A stretch of 64,000 nt of DNA from a virus. The position numbers were made by a program, and so were the translations under genes. Of this stretch, positions 58,375-64,000 are shown piece after piece. The notes beneath the pieces are model-generated. The model was given only the letters and a program-made list of their open reading frames with translations, had not been told where the DNA came from and ran no database searches. Location: positions 20,468 through 84,467 of the IMG/VR virus record IMGVR_UViG_3300037840_000216. The stretch is one strand, 5' to 3'. Positions within the stretch are counted from its first letter, which is position 1, and each line of letters begins with the position of its first letter.

Positions 58375-58974
58375 ATGCCGCAGAACCCTCTCACTTGCAA
58401 GCTATGCGATCAACCACGTAAGCCCCGTACAGCCGAACCCGGTCGGTTCTTTACGCTCTGCGTCGATCATTTTGCTGAATACAAAAAACAAAAGGATCGC
58501 GAATACTATCTTCGTACCAAAGCCAAGCGTATCCAAATAGCCTCTGATTGGAACAAAACGCACCCTGAAAGGCATCGGACTCATCAAAAGGCTTACGAGG
58601 CAAAGCCTGAGTACGAGGCATACCAACGACAATACTATCGCAACAACAAAGATCAAATCGTTACAAGGGTAGGGGAATGGGCGAAAGAAAATCGTGATAA
58701 GACGAGGGCCGGTAATCGTCGCTACGTTTCGCGCAAGCGATCATCGGGCGGCAGATATACCGAGGAGCAGCTACAGGCGCGCATCAACTTCTATGGGCGA
58801 CGCTGCTACTTGTGCGGGTGCGATTGGGACGCCCTGCCGCGCGAGCAGAAACACATAGATCATGTCATTCCGGTGAGCCTCGGTGGCACAAACTGGCCAG
58901 CCAATCTTCGGCCTGCGTGTCGTTCTTGCAACCAACGTAAGAGCGCTAGGATGCCGGATCAATTGACCGCCTAG
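58375..58974 (+). CDS. HNH endonuclease
   Basis: CYLCG...HIDHVIP...GG.N...NL.PAC..CN..K. Confidence 0.9.
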   Translation: MPQNPLTCKLCDQPRKPRTAEPGRFFTLCVDHFAEYKKQKDREYYLRTKAKRIQIASDWNKTHPERHRTHQKAYEAKPEYEAYQRQYYRNNKDQIVTRVGEWAKENRDKTRAGNRRYVSRKRSSGGRYTEEQLQARINFYGRRCYLCGCDWDALPREQKHIDHVIPVSLGGTNWPANLRPACRSCNQRKSARMPDQLTA

Positions 58975-58991
58975 AACAAACGTCCAGGCCC

Positions 58992-59020
58992 TTGACGTAG
59001 CTCCTCGGCTGGTGTATCAT
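58992..59020 (+). promoter_or_regulatory. Sigma70 promoter of a leaderless moron
   Basis: TTGACG-17-TATCAT, ATG 7 nt downstream. Confidence 0.7.
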
Positions 59021-59027
59021 ATGTAGT

Positions 59028-59582
59028 ATGAAAACTCTACGAAGCATCTCGACTGCCGTTCTGCTTTGTCTCGTCCTGGCGGTTCCCGCCTCAGCGGCTG
59101 AAGTCAACCTGTCCCTCTCAACCACCAGCGTCATCCTCGGAACGCCGGTCACGGCGACTGCATCTGGTGTTGCCACGACCAACTATGGCGTGGCGGTCAT
59201 CAAAGAAGCTCCCTGCACCAAAGACAACGCGACGACCATGGTGCTTGGCGTCAATGAACCAGGTCCTTTCGACCAGACCGTAACGCTCGGCTACTCAACC
59301 GTGGGGACCTACAACGTTTGCGCGGAGATTGATCACTGGACAACGGTCGTCGAGGCCACTCTCACAGTGCTCGCGGTGCCGCTGCCTCCTGCTCCGGCTC
59401 CCGTGGCAGTCGCCCCTGCGCCTACGGCGGTAGTCGCTCCTGTGATTGCGCCGAAGCCGGTCGTCAAACCGTTAACGACGGCACAGAAGCTTCACACGTC
59501 GCTCGTCAAGTGCAAGAAGCAGAAGAACAAGAAGAAGCGCGTGCAGTGCGAACGGTTGGCTAAGAAGAAGTTTCGTCGCTAG
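59028..59582 (+). CDS. Secreted Ig-like protein with Pro/Ala linker and basic Cys-containing C-terminal tail
   Basis: Signal peptide ending ASA-A; C-terminus LTTAQKL...CKK.K.KKKR.QCER.AKKKF. Confidence 0.8.
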   Translation: MKTLRSISTAVLLCLVLAVPASAAEVNLSLSTTSVILGTPVTATASGVATTNYGVAVIKEAPCTKDNATTMVLGVNEPGPFDQTVTLGYSTVGTYNVCAEIDHWTTVVEATLTVLAVPLPPAPAPVAVAPAPTAVVAPVIAPKPVVKPLTTAQKLHTSLVKCKKQKNKKKRVQCERLAKKKFRR

Positions 59583-59799
59583 TTAGATCAACCAATAGCT
59601 TCTCAGAATCATATGTAATAGCCTTGAGCGTTTGCTTGCAAGCGCTCTCGCGCCTTTCATCTAGACCCCACGACTCGATCAGGCCGCAAAGACGTCCGCG
59701 TAGACGATTTAGCTCAACATGGATCGCTTTCTCTACATCAAGAAGCCGCGATTCCTCAGAACTGCACTCGCCTTCCTCAAGCTCGTCACGCTTGGGCAT
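59560..59799 (-). CDS. Hypothetical protein
   Basis: AAGGAGG RBS before MPKRD. Confidence 0.55.
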   Translation of the reverse strand: MPKRDELEEGECSSEESRLLDVEKAIHVELNRLRGRLCGLIESWGLDERRESACKQTLKAITYDSEKLLVDLTSDETSS

Positions 59800-59812
59800 G
59801 ATATGACCCTCC

Positions 59813-60670
59813 TTAGTAGGCGCTGATGAGAGCTTTGGCAATGCGGTGGCCCGTGCGCTCGTCTGTGTAGACTTGCGCCTGCTTGACTTTGAAGCCAGTA
59901 CCGTATGCGACTTCCTGAAGTTCAGCGTCAACGTCGGCAGCCGAGTAGTGATCGGGGACCCGTTCCTCAACCTCGAAGGTGGCGGTAACGCCAATCAGTC
60001 CCTCCCACGGATGCTGTCCGCCGCGAGCGATGATCGGGTTGACGTGCGAGAAGGCAGGAGCGCCGACTGGAGTCTGTCCAGGAGGAACCTCGCCCGGCTT
60101 CAGTGACTTCTCGTGATGCACCTCTTCAGGTGCGGGGGGTGCGCCTGCCCCTGGAGGACTACCTTCAGGAGGACCCGCTGGAGGTTCTTCTCCCGGCACA
60201 GGACTTTCGCCACCTTCGGTATCAGGAATTCCAAGAGCTACAAGGATCTTCTGTACGGCGTCAAAGAGAGCGTCGATCTTGTGTGACTCTCCGCCCTTCT
60301 CCTTATGCTCACCATCCTTTGGAGGACCCTCGTCGCCGTCTGGCTCAGAGTGATCGCCCGGAGGCCCACCATCGTCAGAATCTCCATCGTCTGGCTTCAC
60401 ATCTTGTGTATCGTCAGGACCCTCACTCTTTGGACCAGGCGCATCATCCGTCTGATCAGCAGGACCTCCGAATGGGTTATCCGCTAGATGCAGAGTTTTA
60501 GATGAATCCGCTACATGGATAGCTGCGACCCAGTGGCCATCCAACTCTTCAACAGTGATATCATCAGCATTCTTGGGAAACTGCGGGCTTGTCTTAGCAG
60601 CCTCAACAGCCGCCTCACGGGTCATTGTTGTGACCTTTGGACCAGTGGCAAAGACTATACTCATGTTCAT
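59813..60670 (-). CDS. Hypothetical head-region protein (Pro/Gly/Asp-rich)
   Basis: AGGAG RBS; late-gene strand. Confidence 0.65.
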   Translation of the reverse strand: MNMSIVFATGPKVTTMTREAAVEAAKTSPQFPKNADDITVEELDGHWVAAIHVADSSKTLHLADNPFGGPADQTDDAPGPKSEGPDDTQDVKPDDGDSDDGGPPGDHSEPDGDEGPPKDGEHKEKGGESHKIDALFDAVQKILVALGIPDTEGGESPVPGEEPPAGPPEGSPPGAGAPPAPEEVHHEKSLKPGEVPPGQTPVGAPAFSHVNPIIARGGQHPWEGLIGVTATFEVEERVPDHYSAADVDAELQEVAYGTGFKVKQAQVYTDERTGHRIAKALISAY

Positions 60671-60699
60671 TATCTCCTAGAAGTCATTACTTTGTAAGC

Positions 60700-60930
60700 C
60701 TATCGACCAATAGGTGCAGATCCGGGGATCTGAACAATTGTTGGAGGTGCTCCAGATGCTCGCTCATCAGTAAATGATGGAGCCCGTCCTGAGCGAACCT
60801 CTGACAAAGTATACTGTCTGGGCTGTTCGATAGGACGATTGCAGTCTGGACATTTTGTTCCAAATCTGCCATTGATGCCGCAAATGCTGCACTCGTATTG
60901 TGGCTCTTTTGTTACTTGCTCATCTGACAT
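60700..60930 (-). CDS. Small zinc-ribbon protein
   Basis: CSIC...CPDC; AAGGAG RBS. Confidence 0.6.
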   Translation of the reverse strand: MSDEQVTKEPQYECSICGINGRFGTKCPDCNRPIEQPRQYTLSEVRSGRAPSFTDERASGAPPTIVQIPGSAPIGR

Positions 60931-60940
60931 ATCTATCTCC

Positions 60941-63900
60941 TTATACGCCAAGAAAGAGATCGCTATCTCTTACTCGATCTGGGTTTGTCTTACTATCATA
61001 ATTTTCTCGCACCTTATAATGTGTCCCTGCAAGGTCAAGCATATCACTATTACGCGCAACGCCGTCCTCGTCAATCAGTTCACGTTGTTCCCTCGGAGTA
61101 AAGTGCCGTCCTGAGAGGCGCTCTTGTCGAGCGGCACCCTCGCGGGCCAAATACTCGCGCGTAGCACGGAGCCTGTCATCCTTTTCAGCGATGTCTGCGA
61201 TGTTCTTGGACTGCACTGCTGCACGCTGCATGTCTGTGCGGCGCGGGCTTAGGAAGTCCTCGGCATCCCCGTCTTCCATCAGGTAGGAGAGGTCCACGCC
61301 AGCGGTGAACTCCATCGGCTCTTCCTCGGTCACCCAGTCATGGCCGCAGCGGAAGCAACTATGTTCCGTGGCCTCCGGCGTGATCATGGATGATGTGAAT
61401 TCGCGGTGTCCACAGCGCGGGCAGTCAGGATCGACACTCGACTGAGCAGCCATCTGCGGTTCGCTAGCGGCCTGCTCATCCGTGGTCTGGCCTGACGGCG
61501 GCACCTGGGCGTGTCCTGGAGCCGCTGAGCCCGGTGGTGGTTCGTTGTTCTGTTCGTCAGCGTTCTGACCGACAGGTTCGAAGGAGATGTGCTGCATTTC
61601 CATGTCCTGCCTAGACAGCGGTGTGCTTGACGTGAGCGTGTTCGGGTCGTGCTGGCCTGGGTCGTTGGCGTAGGTGCCGAGCAGGGTCAAGTCGATGCCA
61701 TCAGGCTTGACGCGCTCGACTCGAACAAGGTCAGGTAGCGCGAACGACGGGTTGACCATCTGGTACTGCTGGCCTGCCTTGAGCGGAGCGCCTGTGCTGT
61801 CCTTCCAGGTGAGAGATGAGTCTTCATCGCCGCCCTGGTTTGTCTGTCCTTCTTGCTCTGCTGCCGGTACACCGATCGGGTTCGCCTGCTCGCCGCCTCC
61901 GCCGTGCTGACGCTCATCGCGCAAAGCAGTCCTGGCGATGCTGGTCTGGCCATAGTTCTCGTCCGAAACGAGATCGCCGATTTTCCAGATATTGTGGCAA
62001 GAGTGACAGCGGGCATTGTGATCCTGATCGCCTACCAAGCCGGTCGTACCAGAACCACATTTCGGGCAACGTGGGGCGATGTTATCTGCGGCCGTTCTGG
62101 GACTCGTTGTACGAGATGGTGCGTAACCCGACCCTCCACATTGGTTACATTTCACATAGTTTCCAGCCCCATCAGTGTGTGATCCATATCCTGCACATTG
62201 AGAGCATACGTCTTTGTCTCCTTGATTCCACGGTGTATTTCGTTGCTGGCGTTCATCAGGCGTAGCATGCTCCCATGAAGGGAAATCGGCCGTAAAATCT
62301 GGCAAGAAAGATGACATTGGCTGCATTGGCTGACCACCTGCTTCGCCCGGAGCCATACCTGGCACAGGCATACCTCCCGGAGCCGAAGGCTGCGGTGGAG
62401 GCGGTTGTGTCTGCTCTTCGGGAGTGACGGTCGGCGGTACGTTCGGGTTACCCTGAACCTCTGCGAGGATCTTGGCGTATTCCGGGTTGCCTGGGTCGAG
62501 CGGTACGTTTGGTACCTCGTCTACACGGCCCTCTTGAATGAGGTACTGTTGGACGGCAGCGATCTGCTCCGGGGTCACTGGTCCCTGGTGGTTAGCTGAC
62601 TCCACGAGAGACGCAAGGAGGTCCATGTGCGAGAACATCTGTGGATTCTGAGCTACGCTCGGTCCTCCAGGTAGCTCACCTGCCCCTTCGGCCTGTTGAT
62701 TGTTGGCACCGCACTGTGGGCATGCGCCATTGGCCTGCGTGACAGAGCCGCAGTTCTTGCAGTGGCCTGCCTGTGCTCCTCCGCCGGGAGGCGTAGCAGA
62801 TGATGGCGCAAGCTGCTGACTTGGATTGAGCGAGGTCGGATCAAGTGCCATCTGCTCTGCTTGAAGATTGCCCTGCTGCATCGGCGGCATGATGGCCTCG
62901 TGGACCGTTGCGTGGACATGCTCTGGCTTTTTCTTGTTCTGCATAAAGCGCTCGGCTGCCTCGGGGTCTGCGCCATTGAGGTAACCAGGGACTTCTGCCT
63001 CCAGCATTTCGTGTAGTCCCTTCAACATAGGGTCACTCGCTCCCGACTCCTCTGAATGGTAGTACTTTTCTATCAATGGCATGAGCATCTCCATGCGTTG
63101 AATTGCGGGACTCTGCTCTGAGAACTGTCCCTGACTTGGCTTACCCATGTCCTTGCGAACTTCATCCTCGCCCGACGCTCCCGAATCCTGTAGGTTCGGG
63201 TTCATTGGGTTGGAAGGGTTTTTGTCCTGGTCGTTGAACTCCTTTTGATCAACGTCCTCGGGGTCGTCGTGCTTGACACCTACGTCTGGGTTGGATGCAG
63301 GCGTTTCGTAATCGCTCTCTACGAAAGCTGCAAGGACGTGCGTGAACTGCTGGAGCGGGCCAGAGTAACCAGCGCCTCCACCACCAGCTTCGCCACCACC
63401 GCCCATGCCAAGTGCCTTCTCGCCCATACCGACACCTTGACCGACCAAGTTACTGATTCCCTCGGCCTTCGCAACTCCTCCGGCTCCGCTCATAGCTTTG
63501 CTCATGAGTCCCCCGGCTGTTCCTGTAGCGCCATCTGCCGTTGCTCCCTCTGCGGCCCCCGCAGCACCCGCTCCAGCTGCCTCTCCACCCAACAGAGCCG
63601 CGCCCTCACCTGCATCGAGTGCAAGGGATGCTCCGCCCGTCTCTGGGGCTAGGGCAAGACCGGCGACTGGTAGCGCGGCCTCACCTAGAGTGGACCAGAA
63701 GCTTGCCATGCGCGCTGTGGCCGGGAAGGGGAAGGTGCCTGGTATTGGATCGAGAGTCTGAGGATCGATGCCTGGGGGCGCAGCCACTTCACCATTCTGG
63801 ATCTTCGGAACCAATTCGTTGATCAACGTAGAGTGCCCAGCGGGGTGCTGAAGTGACTCGACGGCAACAGGGAGATGCGCCGGATCATGAACTCCAACGA

Positions 63901-64000
63901 CAACTGGTTTGCCGAAGTCGGGCGATGAACGGAAGCCGTATTTGGTGATGAGTTCACCGCCGTGTCCCCTGACTGGCACGCCGTTGATATGTGCGTCAAG
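60941..64000 (-). CDS. Large multi-zinc-ribbon head-region protein, 5' end outside window
   Basis: Frame open to the window edge; four CxxC..CxxC pairs; Gly/Ala- and Pro/Gln-rich segments. Confidence 0.75.
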   Translation of the reverse strand, partial: LDAHINGVPVRGHGGELITKYGFRSSPDFGKPVVVGVHDPAHLPVAVESLQHPAGHSTLINELVPKIQNGEVAAPPGIDPQTLDPIPGTFPFPATARMASFWSTLGEAALPVAGLALAPETGGASLALDAGEGAALLGGEAAGAGAAGAAEGATADGATGTAGGLMSKAMSGAGGVAKAEGISNLVGQGVGMGEKALGMGGGGEAGGGGAGYSGPLQQFTHVLAAFVESDYETPASNPDVGVKHDDPEDVDQKEFNDQDKNPSNPMNPNLQDSGASGEDEVRKDMGKPSQGQFSEQSPAIQRMEMLMPLIEKYYHSEESGASDPMLKGLHEMLEAEVPGYLNGADPEAAERFMQNKKKPEHVHATVHEAIMPPMQQGNLQAEQMALDPTSLNPSQQLAPSSATPPGGGAQAGHCKNCGSVTQANGACPQCGANNQQAEGAGELPGGPSVAQNPQMFSHMDLLASLVESANHQGPVTPEQIAAVQQYLIQEGRVDEVPNVPLDPGNPEYAKILAEVQGNPNVPPTVTPEEQTQPPPPQPSAPGGMPVPGMAPGEAGGQPMQPMSSFLPDFTADFPSWEHATPDERQQRNTPWNQGDKDVCSQCAGYGSHTDGAGNYVKCNQCGGSGYAPSRTTSPRTAADNIAPRCPKCGSGTTGLVGDQDHNARCHSCHNIWKIGDLVSDENYGQTSIARTALRDERQHGGGGEQANPIGVPAAEQEGQTNQGGDEDSSLTWKDSTGAPLKAGQQYQMVNPSFALPDLVRVERVKPDGIDLTLLGTYANDPGQHDPNTLTSSTPLSRQDMEMQHISFEPVGQNADEQNNEPPPGSAAPGHAQVPPSGQTTDEQAASEPQMAAQSSVDPDCPRCGHREFTSSMITPEATEHSCFRCGHDWVTEEEPMEFTAGVDLSYLMEDGDAEDFLSPRRTDMQRAAVQSKNIADIAEKDDRLRATREYLAREGAARQERLSGRHFTPREQRELIDEDGVARNSDMLDLAGTHYKVRENYDSKTNPDRVRDSDLFLGV

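Noticed and set aside
1-64000. tRNA genes, integrase, inteins/introns, DGR
   Set aside because: No cloverleaf, recombinase, intein motifs or reverse transcriptase recognised by eye; not excluded without tRNAscan and HMM searches.

Overview
A 64-kb segment of a large lytic-type contractile-tailed (myovirus-like) actinobacteriophage, arranged like the Bxz1/E3-type phages. Positions 1-1336 (-) encode a class II ribonucleotide reductase that runs off the window. Positions 1.6-21.1 kb (+) hold a near-complete replication/recombination module: DnaC-like loader, DnaB, primase, SSB-like protein, RNase H, DnaE, RecA, resolvases, Cas4-like nuclease, sigma-like factor and SNF2 helicase. Positions 21.6-64 kb (mostly -) hold baseplate, tail, neck, capsid and head-maturation genes, interrupted by + strand leaderless morons and intact or decayed HNH endonucleases. 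A C-terminal motif in one secreted protein points to a Solirubrobacterales-like host (inference). The most striking element is at the convergence of the two arms (21.1-21.6 kb): a consensus sigma70 promoter, a structured leader and a ~230-bp array of GGY-NN pentamers divided into units by GGCA/GGCG. Reading only the NN dinucleotides of the last unit as codon positions 1+2 spells D-K-G-S-D-S-I-D-L, a motif in the C-terminal domain of the adjacent helicase. The phage's own gene departs from this only by synonymous Ser (TCN/AGC) and Leu (TTN/CTC) swaps. This suggests a gapped, wobble-skipping RNA-guide system aimed at related phages, with self-avoidance by recoding. No intact effector gene was identified in the window. 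All product calls come from motif recognition only; no database searches were run.
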